Part shown: positions 9,408 through 21,379 of the stretch, one piece after another
Layout of the letters: every line of letters begins with the position of its first letter
How positions within the stretch are numbered: the first letter of the stretch is position 1
Source: Auanema rhodensis
Lineage: Eukaryota; Animalia; Nematoda
Reading direction: 5' to 3'
Assembly: GCA_964057225.1 (NCBI GenBank)
Contig: OZ059894.1
Coordinates: 18,166,001-18,230,000 of the forward strand
Length of the DNA: 64,000 nt
Made by a program: the position numbers and the translations under genes
Notes under the pieces: model-generated
Databases searched by the model: none
The model's input: only the letters and a program-made list of their open reading frames with translations
Told to the model about the DNA's origin: nothing

Positions 9408-12400
9408 ACGTAAATTTCAAAGTCATGGTTACCATGCACCAATATCCATAAAAATTTGTTTTTAGACTAATATGGACATGGGGAATCTAATTTTGAAAAC
9501 CGCATCTCTTTATCTTCAACGGGAAACGAGTTACATATCATGTGTACATCACGTGTACATTTAATTAGCATAAATTAAAGTTCACGTAAATTTTAAAGTC
9601 ATGGTTACCTTGCACCAGTATCAATGAAAATTTGTTTTTGGACTAATATGGCCATAGGGAATCTAATTTTGAAAACGGCATCTCTTCATCTTTGAGTTAC
9701 ATACCATGTGCACATCACGTGTACATTTAATTAGCATAAATTAAAGTTCACGTAAATTTCAAAGTCATGGTTACCATGCACCAGTATCAATGAAAATTTG
9801 TTTTTGGACTAATATGGCCATAGGGAATCTAATTTTCAAAACCCCATCTCTTTATCTTTTACGGAAAGCGAGTTACATACCACGTGCCCATCACGTGTAC
9901 ATTTAATTAGCATAAATTAAAGTTCACGTAAATTTCAAAGTCATGGTTACCTTGCACCAGTATCAATGAAAATTTGTTTTCGGACTAATATGGCCATGGG
10001 GAATCTAATTTTGAAAACCGCATCTCTTTATCTTTTACGGAAAGCGAGTTACATACCATGTGCACATCACGTGTACATTTAATTAGCATAAATTGAAGTT
10101 CACGTAAATTTCAAAGTCATGGTTACCATGCACCTATATCAATAAAAATTTGTTTTTGGACTAATATGGCCATAGGGAATCTAATTTTGAAAACGGCATC
10201 TCTTCATCTTTGAGTTACATACCATGTGTACATCACGTGTACATTTAATTAGCATAAATTAAAGTTCACGTAAATTTCAAAGTCATGGTTACCATGCACC
10301 TATATCAATAAAAATTCGTTTTCAGTCTAATATGGCCATGGGGAATCTAATTTTGAAAACGGCATCTCTTCATCTTTGAGTTACATACCATGTGTACATC
10401 ACGTGTACATTTAATTAGCATAAATTAAAGTTCACGTAAATTTCAAAGTCATGGTTACCTTGCACCAGTATCAATGAAAATTTGTTTTTGGACTAATATG
10501 GCCATAGGGAATCTAATTTTGAAAACGGCATCTCTTCATCTTTGAATTACATACCATGTGCACATCACGTGTACATTTAATTAGCATAAATTAAAGTTTA
10601 CGTAAATTTCAAAGTCATGGTTACCATGCACCAGTATCAATGAAAATTTGTTTTTGGACTAATATGGCCATAGGAAATCTAATTTTGAAAACGGCATCTC
10701 TTCATCTTTGAGTTACATACCATGTGTACATCACGTGTACATTAAATTAGCATAAATTAAAGTTCACGTAAATTTAAAAGTCATGGTTACCATGCACCTA
10801 TATCAATGAAAATTTGTTTTTGGACTAATATGGCCATAGGGAATCTAATTTTGAAAGCCCCATCTCTTTATCTTTTACGGAAAGCGAGTTACATACCATG
10901 TGCACATCACGTGTACATTTAATTAGCATAAATTGAAGTTCACGTAAATTTCAAAGTCATGGTTACCATGCACCAGTATAAATGAAAATTTGTTTTTGGA
11001 CTAATATGGCCATAGGGAATCTAATTTTGAAAACCCCATCTCTTTATCTTTTACGGAAAGCGAGTTACATATCATGTGCACATCACGTGTACATTTAATT
11101 AGCATAAATTAAAGTTCAAGTAAATTTTAAAGTCATGGTTACCATGCACCAATATCCATAAAAATTTGTTTTTAGACTAATATGGACATGGGGAATCTAA
11201 TTTTGAAAACCGCATCTCTTTATCTTTAACGGGAAACGAGTTACATATCATGTGTTCATCACGTGTACATTTAATTAGCATAAATTAAAGTTCACGTAAA
11301 TTTCAAAGTCATGGTTACCATGCACCAGTATCAATGAAAATTTGTTTTTGGACTAATATGGCCATAGGGAATCTAATTTTGAAAACGGCATCTCTTCATC
11401 TTTGAGTTACATACCATGTGTACATCACGTGTACATTAAATTAGCATAAATTAAAGTTCACGTAAATTTAAAAGTCATGGTTACCATGCACCTATATCAA
11501 TAAAAATTTGTTTTCAGTCTAATATGGAAATGGAGAATCTAATTTTGAAAACCGCATCTCTTTATCTTTTACGGGAAGCGAGTTACATATCATGTGCACA
11601 TCACGTGTACATTTAATTAGCATAAATTAAAGTTCACGTAAATTTAAAAGTCATGGTTACCATGCACCAGTATCAATGAAAATTTGTTTTTGGACTAATA
11701 TGGCCATAGGGAATCTAATTTTGAAAACGGCATCTCTTCATCTTTGAGTTACATACCATGTGTACATCACGTGTACATTAAATTAGCATAAATTAAAGTT
11801 CACGTAAATTTCAAAGTCATGGTTACCATGCACCTATATCAATAAAAATTTGTTTTTGGACTAATATGGCCATAGGGAATCTAATTTTGAAAACGGCATC
11901 TCTTCATCTTTGAGTTACATACCATGTGTACATCACGTGTACATTTAATTAGCATAAATTAAAGTTCACGTAAATTTCAAAGTCATGGTTACCATGCACC
12001 TATATCAATAAAAATTTGTTTTTGGACTAATATGGCCATAGGGAATCTAATTTTGAAAACGGCATCTCTTCATCTTTGAGTTACATACCATGTGTACATC
12101 ACGTGTACATTTAATTAGCATAAATTAAAGTTCACGTAAATTTCAAAGTCATGGTTACCATGCACCTATATCAATAAAAATTTGTTTTTGGACTAATATG
12201 GCCATAGGGAATCTAATTTTGAAAACGGCATCTCTTCATCTTTGAGTTACATACCATGTGTACATCACGTGTACATTTAATTAGCATAAATTAAAGTTCA
12301 CGTAAATTTCAAAGTCATGGTTACCATGCACCAGTATCAATGAAAATTTGTTTTTGGACTAATATGGCCATAGGGAATCTAATTTTGAAAACGGCATCTC

Positions 12401-15036
12401 TTCATCTTTGAGTTACATACCATGTGTACATCACGTGTACATTTAATTAGCATAAATTAAAGTTCACGTAAATTTCAAAGTCATGGTTACCTTGCACCAG
12501 TATCAATGAAAATTTGTTTTTGGACTAATATGGCCATAGGGAATCTAATTTTGAAAACGGCATCTCTTCATCTTTGAGTTACATACCATGTGTACATCAC
12601 GTGTACATTAAATTAGCATAAATTAAAGTTCACGTAAATTTCAAAGTCATGGTTACCATGCACCTATATCAATAAAAATTTGTTTTTGGACTAATATGGC
12701 CATAGGGAATCTAATTTTGAAAACGGCATCTCTTCATCTTTGAGTTACATACCATGTGTACATCACGTGTACATTTAATTAGCATAAATTGAAGTTCACG
12801 TAAATTTCAAAGTCATGGTTACCATGCACCAGTATAAATGAAAATTTGTTTTTGGACTAATATGGCCATAGGGAATCTAATTTTGAAAACCCCATCTCTT
12901 TATCTTTTACGGAAAGCGAGTTACATATCATGTGCACATCACGTGTACATTTAATTAGCATAAATTAAAGTTCAAGTAAATTTTAAAGTCATGGTTACCA
13001 TGCACCAATATCCATAAAAATTTGTTTTTAGACTAATATGGACATGGGGAATCTAATTTTGAAAACCGCATCTCTTTATCTTTAACGGGAAACGAGTTAC
13101 ATATCATGTGTTCATAACGTGTACATTTAATTAGCATAAATTAAAGTTCACGTAAATTTCAAAGTCATGGTTACCATGCACCAGTATCAATGAAAATTTG
13201 TTTTTGGACTAATATGGCCATAGGGAATCTAATTTTGAAAACGGCATCTCTTCATCTTTGAGTTACATACCATGTGTACATCACGTGTACATTAAATTAG
13301 CATAAATTAAAGTTCACGTAAATTTAAAAGTCATGGTTACCATGCACCTATATCAATAAAAATTTGTTTTCAGTCTAATATGGAAATGGAGAATCTAATT
13401 TTGAAAACCGCATCTCTTTATCTTTTACGGGAAGCGAGTTACATATCATGTGCACATCACGTGTATATTTAATTAGCATAAATTAAAGTTCACGTAAATT
13501 TAAAAGTCATGGTTACCATGCACCAGTATCAATGAAAATTTGTTTTTGGACTAATATGGCCATAGGGAATCTAATTTTGAAAACGGCATCTCTTCATCTT
13601 TGAGTTACATACCATGTGTACATCACGTGTACATTAAATTAGCATAAATTAAAGTTCACGTAAATTTCAAAGTCATGGTTACCATGCACCTATATCAATG
13701 AAAATTTGTTTTTGGACTAATATGGCCATAGGGAATCTAATTTTGAAAACGGCATCTCTTCATCTTTGAGTTACATACCATGTGTACATCACGTGTACAT
13801 TTAATTAGCATAAATTAAAGTTCACGTAAATTTCAAAGTCATGGTTACCATGCACCTATATCAATAAAAATTTGTTTTTGGACTAATATGGCCATAGGGA
13901 ATCTAATTTTGAAAACGGCATCTCTTCATCTTTGAGTTACATACCATGTGTACATCACGTGTACATTTAATTAGCATAAATTAAAGTTCACGTAAATTTC
14001 AAAGTCATGGTTACCATGCACCAATATCCATAAAAATTTGTTTTTAGACTAATATGGACATGGGGAATCTAATTTTGAAAACCGCATCTCTTTATCTTTA
14101 ACGGGAAACGAGTTACATATCATGTGTTCATCACGTGTACATTTAATTAGCATAAATTAAAGTTCACGTAAATTTCAAAGTCATGGTTACCATGCACCAG
14201 TATCAATGAAAATTTGTTTTTGGACTAATATGGCCATAGGGAATCTAATTTTGAAAACGGCATCTCTTCATCTTTGAGTTACATACCATGTGTACATCAC
14301 GTGTACATTAAATTAGCATAAATTAAAGTTCACGTAAATTTAAAAGTCATGGTTACCATGCACCTATATCAATAAAAATTTGTTTTCAGTCTAATATGGA
14401 AATGGAGAATCTAATTTTGAAAACCGCATCTCTTTATCTTTTACGGGAAGCGAGTTACATACCATGTGCACATCACGTGTACATTTGATTAGCATAAATT
14501 AAAGTTCACGTAAATTTAAAAGTCATGGTTACCATGCACCAGTATCAATGAAAATTTGTTTTTGGACTAATATGGCCATAGGGAATCTAATTTTGAAAAC
14601 GGCATCTCTTCATCTTTGAGTTACATACCATGTGTACATCACGTGTACATTTAATTAGCATAAATTAAAGTTCACGTAAATTTCAAAGTCATGGTTACCT
14701 TGCACCAGTATCAATGAAAATTTGTTTTTGGACTAATATGGCCATAGGGAATCTAATTTTGAAAACGGCATCTCTTCATCTTTGAGTTACATACCATGTG
14801 TACATCACGTGTACATTTAATTAGCATAAATTAAAGTTCACGTAAATTTCAAAGTCATGGTTACCATGCACCTATATCAATTAAAATTTGTTTTCAGTCT
14901 AATATGGAAATGGAGAATCTAATTTTGAAAACCGCATCTCTTTATCTTTTACGGGAAGCGAGTTACATACCATGTGCACATCACGTGTACATTTGATTAG
15001 CATAAATTAAAGTTCACGTAAATTTCAAAGTCATGG
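9408..15036 (+). repeat. Forward satellite block (subfamily B, rich in 166-bp monomers)
   Basis: Starts ACGTAAATTTCAAAGTCATGG at 9408 after 20 nt of filler and ends GTCATGG at 15036. Confidence 0.95.
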
Positions 15037-15446
15037 AATTAGATTCCCTATGGCCATATTAGTCCAAAAACAAATTTTCATTGATACTGGTGCATGGTAA
15101 CCATGACTTTTAAATTTACGTGAACTTTAATTTATGCTAATTAAATGTACACGTGATGTGCACATGATATGTAACTCGCTTCCCGTAAAAGATAAAGAGA
15201 TGCGGTTTTCAAAATTAGATTCTCCATTTCCATATTAGACTGAAAACAAATTTTTATTGATATAGGTGCATGGTAACCATGACTTTTAAATTTACGTGAA
15301 CTTTAATTTATGCTAATTTAATGTACACGTGATGTACACATGGTATGTAACTCAAAGATGAAGAGATGCCGTTTTCAAAATTAGATTCCCTATGGCCATA
15401 TTAGTCCAAAAACAAATTTTCATTGATACTGGTGCATGGTAACCAT
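15037..15446 (-). repeat. Inverted satellite block 3 (410 bp, copy of 8163-8572)
   Basis: Same start junction as 8163 and same end junction as 7998. Confidence 0.93.
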
Positions 15447-15610
15447 AATATCCATAAAAATTTGTTTTTAGACTAATATGGAAATGGGGAATCTAATTTT
15501 GAAAACCGCATCTCTTTATCTTTTACGGGAAGCGAGTTACATACCATGTGCACATCACGTGTACATTTAATTAGCATAAATTAAAGTTCACGTAAATTTC
15601 AAAGTCATGG
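15447..15610 (+). repeat. Second copy of the 164-bp forward island
   Basis: Matches 7999-8162 at offset 7448. Confidence 0.93.
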
Positions 15611-16835
15611 AATTAGATTCCCTATGGCCATATTAGTCCAAAAACAAATTTTCATTGATACTGGTGCATGGTAACCATGACTTTTAAATTTACGTGAACT
15701 TTAATTTATGCTAATTAAATGTACACGTGATGTGCACATGATATGTAACTCGCTTCCCGTAAAAGATAAAGAGATGCGGTTTTCAAAATTAGATTCTCCA
15801 TTTCCATATTAGACTGAAAACAAATTTTTATTGATATAGGTGCATGGTAACCATGACTTTTAAATTTACGTGAACTTTAATTTATGCTAATTTAATGTAC
15901 ACGTGATGTACACATGGTATGTAACTCAAAGATGAAGAGATGCCGTTTTCAAAATTAGATTCCCTATGGCCATATTAGTCCAAAAACAAATTTTCATTGA
16001 TACTGGTGCATGGTAACCATGACTTTGAAATTTACGTGAACTTTAATTTATGCTAATTAAATGTACACGTGATGAACACATGATATGTAACTCGTTTCCC
16101 GTTCAAGATAAAGATATGCGGTTTTCAAAATTAGATTCCCCATGTCCATATTAGTCTAAAAACAAATTTTTATGGATATTGGTGCATGGTAACCATGACT
16201 TTAAAATTTACTTGAACTTTAATTTATGCTAATTAAATGTACACGTGATGTGCACATGGTATGTAACTCGCTTTCCGTAAAAGATAAAGAGATGGGGTTT
16301 TCAAAATTAGATTCCCTATGGCCATATTAGTCCAAAAACAAATTTTCATTGATATAGGTGCATGGTAACCATGACTTTTAAATTTACGTGAACTTTAATT
16401 TATGCTAATTTAATGTACACGTGATGTACACATGGTATGTAACTCAAAGATGAAGAGATGCCGTTTTCAAAATTAGATTCCCTATGGCCATATTAGTCCA
16501 AAAACAAATTTTCATTGATACTGGTGCATGGTAACCATGACTTTGAAATTTACGTAAACTTTAATTTATGCTAATTAAATGTACACGTGATGTGCACATG
16601 GTATGTAATTCAAAGATGAAGAGATGCCGTTTTCAAAATTAGATTCCCTATGGCCATATTAGTCCAAAAACAAATTTTCATTGATACTGGTGCAAGGTAA
16701 CCATGACTTTGAAATTTACGTGAACTTTAATTTATGCTAATTAAATGTACACGTGATGTACACATGGTATGTAACTCAAAGATGAAGAGATGCCGTTTTC
16801 AAAATTAGATTCCCCATGGCCATATTAGACTGAAA
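15611..16835 (-). repeat. Inverted satellite block 4 (copy of 8163-9387)
   Basis: Same junctions and same private variants (GATGAACACA, AAGATATGCG, TTACTTGAAC, GTAATTCAAAG) at offset 7448. Confidence 0.94.
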
Positions 16836-19800
16836 TTTCAAAAACGTAAATTTAAACGTAAATTTCAAAGTCATGGTTACCATGCACCAATATCCATAAA
16901 AATTTGTTTTTAGACTAATATGGACATGGGGAATCTAATTTTGAAAACCGCATCTCTTTATCTTCAACGGGAAACGAGTTACATATCATGTGTACATCAC
17001 GTGTACATTTAATTAGCATAAATTAAAGTTCACGTAAATTTTAAAGTCATGGTTACCTTGCACCAGTATCAATGAAAATTTGTTTTTGGACTAATATGGC
17101 CATAGGGAATCTAATTTTGAAAACGGCATCTCTTCATCTTTGAGTTACATACCATGTGCACATCACGTGTACATTTAATTAGCATAAATTAAAGTTCACG
17201 TAAATTTCAAAGTCATGGTTACCATGCACCAGTATCAATGAAAATTTGTTTTTGGACTAATATGGCCATAGGGAATCTAATTTTCAAAACCCCATCTCTT
17301 TATCTTTTACGGAAAGCGAGTTACATACCACGTGCCCATCACGTGTACATTTAATTAGCATAAATTAAAGTTCACGTAAATTTCAAAGTCATGGTTACCT
17401 TGCACCAGTATCAATGAAAATTTGTTTTCGGACTAATATGGCCATGGGGAATCTAATTTTGAAAACCGCATCTCTTTATCTTTTACGGAAAGCGAGTTAC
17501 ATACCATGTGCACATCACGTGTACATTTAATTAGCATAAATTGAAGTTCACGTAAATTTCAAAGTCATGGTTACCATGCACCTATATCAATAAAAATTTG
17601 TTTTTGGACTAATATGGCCATAGGGAATCTAATTTTGAAAACGGCATCTCTTCATCTTTGAGTTACATACCATGTGTACATCACGTGTACATTTAATTAG
17701 CATAAATTAAAGTTCACGTAAATTTCAAAGTCATGGTTACCATGCACCTATATCAATAAAAATTCGTTTTCAGTCTAATATGGCCATGGGGAATCTAATT
17801 TTGAAAACGGCATCTCTTCATCTTTGAGTTACATACCATGTGTACATCACGTGTACATTTAATTAGCATAAATTAAAGTTCACGTAAATTTCAAAGTCAT
17901 GGTTACCTTGCACCAGTATCAATGAAAATTTGTTTTTGGACTAATATGGCCATAGGGAATCTAATTTTGAAAACGGCATCTCTTCATCTTTGAATTACAT
18001 ACCATGTGCACATCACGTGTACATTTAATTAGCATAAATTAAAGTTTACGTAAATTTCAAAGTCATGGTTACCATGCACCAGTATCAATGAAAATTTGTT
18101 TTTGGACTAATATGGCCATAGGAAATCTAATTTTGAAAACGGCATCTCTTCATCTTTGAGTTACATACCATGTGTACATCACGTGTACATTAAATTAGCA
18201 TAAATTAAAGTTCACGTAAATTTAAAAGTCATGGTTACCATGCACCTATATCAATGAAAATTTGTTTTTGGACTAATATGGCCATAGGGAATCTAATTTT
18301 GAAAGCCCCATCTCTTTATCTTTTACGGAAAGCGAGTTACATACCATGTGCACATCACGTGTACATTTAATTAGCATAAATTGAAGTTCACGTAAATTTC
18401 AAAGTCATGGTTACCATGCACCAGTATAAATGAAAATTTGTTTTTGGACTAATATGGCCATAGGGAATCTAATTTTGAAAACCCCATCTCTTTATCTTTT
18501 ACGGAAAGCGAGTTACATATCATGTGCACATCACGTGTACATTTAATTAGCATAAATTAAAGTTCAAGTAAATTTTAAAGTCATGGTTACCATGCACCAA
18601 TATCCATAAAAATTTGTTTTTAGACTAATATGGACATGGGGAATCTAATTTTGAAAACCGCATCTCTTTATCTTTAACGGGAAACGAGTTACATATCATG
18701 TGTTCATCACGTGTACATTTAATTAGCATAAATTAAAGTTCACGTAAATTTCAAAGTCATGGTTACCATGCACCAGTATCAATGAAAATTTGTTTTTGGA
18801 CTAATATGGCCATAGGGAATCTAATTTTGAAAACGGCATCTCTTCATCTTTGAGTTACATACCATGTGTACATCACGTGTACATTAAATTAGCATAAATT
18901 AAAGTTCACGTAAATTTAAAAGTCATGGTTACCATGCACCTATATCAATAAAAATTTGTTTTCAGTCTAATATGGAAATGGAGAATCTAATTTTGAAAAC
19001 CGCATCTCTTTATCTTTTACGGGAAGCGAGTTACATATCATGTGCACATCACGTGTACATTTAATTAGCATAAATTAAAGTTCACGTAAATTTAAAAGTC
19101 ATGGTTACCATGCACCAGTATCAATGAAAATTTGTTTTTGGACTAATATGGCCATAGGGAATCTAATTTTGAAAACGGCATCTCTTCATCTTTGAGTTAC
19201 ATACCATGTGTACATCACGTGTACATTAAATTAGCATAAATTAAAGTTCACGTAAATTTCAAAGTCATGGTTACCATGCACCTATATCAATAAAAATTTG
19301 TTTTTGGACTAATATGGCCATAGGGAATCTAATTTTGAAAACGGCATCTCTTCATCTTTGAGTTACATACCATGTGTACATCACGTGTACATTTAATTAG
19401 CATAAATTAAAGTTCACGTAAATTTCAAAGTCATGGTTACCATGCACCTATATCAATAAAAATTTGTTTTTGGACTAATATGGCCATAGGGAATCTAATT
19501 TTGAAAACGGCATCTCTTCATCTTTGAGTTACATACCATGTGTACATCACGTGTACATTTAATTAGCATAAATTAAAGTTCACGTAAATTTCAAAGTCAT
19601 GGTTACCATGCACCTATATCAATAAAAATTTGTTTTTGGACTAATATGGCCATAGGGAATCTAATTTTGAAAACGGCATCTCTTCATCTTTGAGTTACAT
19701 ACCATGTGTACATCACGTGTACATTTAATTAGCATAAATTAAAGTTCACGTAAATTTCAAAGTCATGGTTACCATGCACCAGTATCAATGAAAATTTGTT

Positions 19801-21379
19801 TTTGGACTAATATGGCCATAGGGAATCTAATTTTGAAAACGGCATCTCTTCATCTTTGAGTTACATACCATGTGTACATCACGTGTACATTTAATTAGCA
19901 TAAATTAAAGTTCACGTAAATTTCAAAGTCATGGTTACCTTGCACCAGTATCAATGAAAATTTGTTTTTGGACTAATATGGCCATAGGGAATCTAATTTT
20001 GAAAACGGCATCTCTTCATCTTTGAGTTACATACCATGTGTACATCACGTGTACATTAAATTAGCATAAATTAAAGTTCACGTAAATTTCAAAGTCATGG
20101 TTACCATGCACCTATATCAATAAAAATTTGTTTTTGGACTAATATGGCCATAGGGAATCTAATTTTGAAAACGGCATCTCTTCATCTTTGAGTTACATAC
20201 CATGTGTACATCACGTGTACATTTAATTAGCATAAATTGAAGTTCACGTAAATTTCAAAGTCATGGTTACCATGCACCAGTATAAATGAAAATTTGTTTT
20301 TGGACTAATATGGCCATAGGGAATCTAATTTTGAAAACCCCATCTCTTTATCTTTTACGGAAAGCGAGTTACATATCATGTGCACATCACGTGTACATTT
20401 AATTAGCATAAATTAAAGTTCAAGTAAATTTTAAAGTCATGGTTACCATGCACCTATATCAATTAAAATTTGTTTTCAGTCTAATATGGAAATGGAGAAT
20501 CTAATTTTGAAAACCGCATCTCTTTATCTTTTACGGGAAGCGAGTTACATACCATGTGCACATCACGTGTACATTTGATTAGCATAAATTAAAGTTCACG
20601 TAAATTTAAAAGTCATGGTTACCATGCACCAGTATCAATGAAAATTTGTTTTTGGACTAATATGGCCATAGGGAATCTAATTTTGAAAACGGCATCTCTT
20701 CATCTTTGAGTTACATACCATGTGTACATCACGTGTACATTAAATTAGCATAAATTAAAGTTCACGTAAATTTCAAAGTCATGGTTACCATGCACCTATA
20801 TCAATAAAAATTTGTTTTTGGACTAATATGGCCATAGGGAATCTAATTTTGAAAACGGCATCTCTTCATCTTTGAGTTTCATACCATGTGTACATCACGT
20901 GTACATTTAATTAGCATAAATTAAAGTTCACGTAAATTTCAAAGTCATGGTTACCATGCACCTATATCAATAAAAATTTGTTTTTGGACTAATATGGCCA
21001 TAGGGAATCTAATTTTGAAAACGGCATCTCTTCATCTTTGAGTTACATACCATGTGTACATCACGTGTACATTTAATTAGCATAAATTAAAGTTCACGTA
21101 AATTTCAAAATCATGGTTACCATGCACCAGTATCAATGAAAATTTGTTTTTGGACTAATATGGCCATAGGGAATCTAATTTTGAAAACGGCATCTCTTCA
21201 TCTTTGAGTTACATACCATGTGTACATCACGTGTACATTTAATTAGCATAAATTAAAGTTCACGTAAATTTCAAAGTCATGGTTACCTTGCACCAGTATC
21301 AATGAAAATTTGTTTTTGGACTAATATGGCCATAGGGAATCTAATTTTGAAAACGGCATCTCTTCATCTTTGAGTTACA

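Larger units (their letters stand above)
15392..20454 (+). repeat. Direct segmental duplicate of 7944-13006 (offset 7448 bp)
   Basis: Three orientation junctions (7998/15446, 8162/15610, 9387/16835) and the private variants I checked recur at exactly +7448. The match breaks at 13007/20455. Confidence 0.9.

Noticed and set aside
2095-11720. Long inverted repeats as terminal inverted repeats of a foldback or MITE transposon
   Set aside because: Arms and spacers are all the same satellite. I see no distinct termini, target-site duplication or internal non-satellite sequence.
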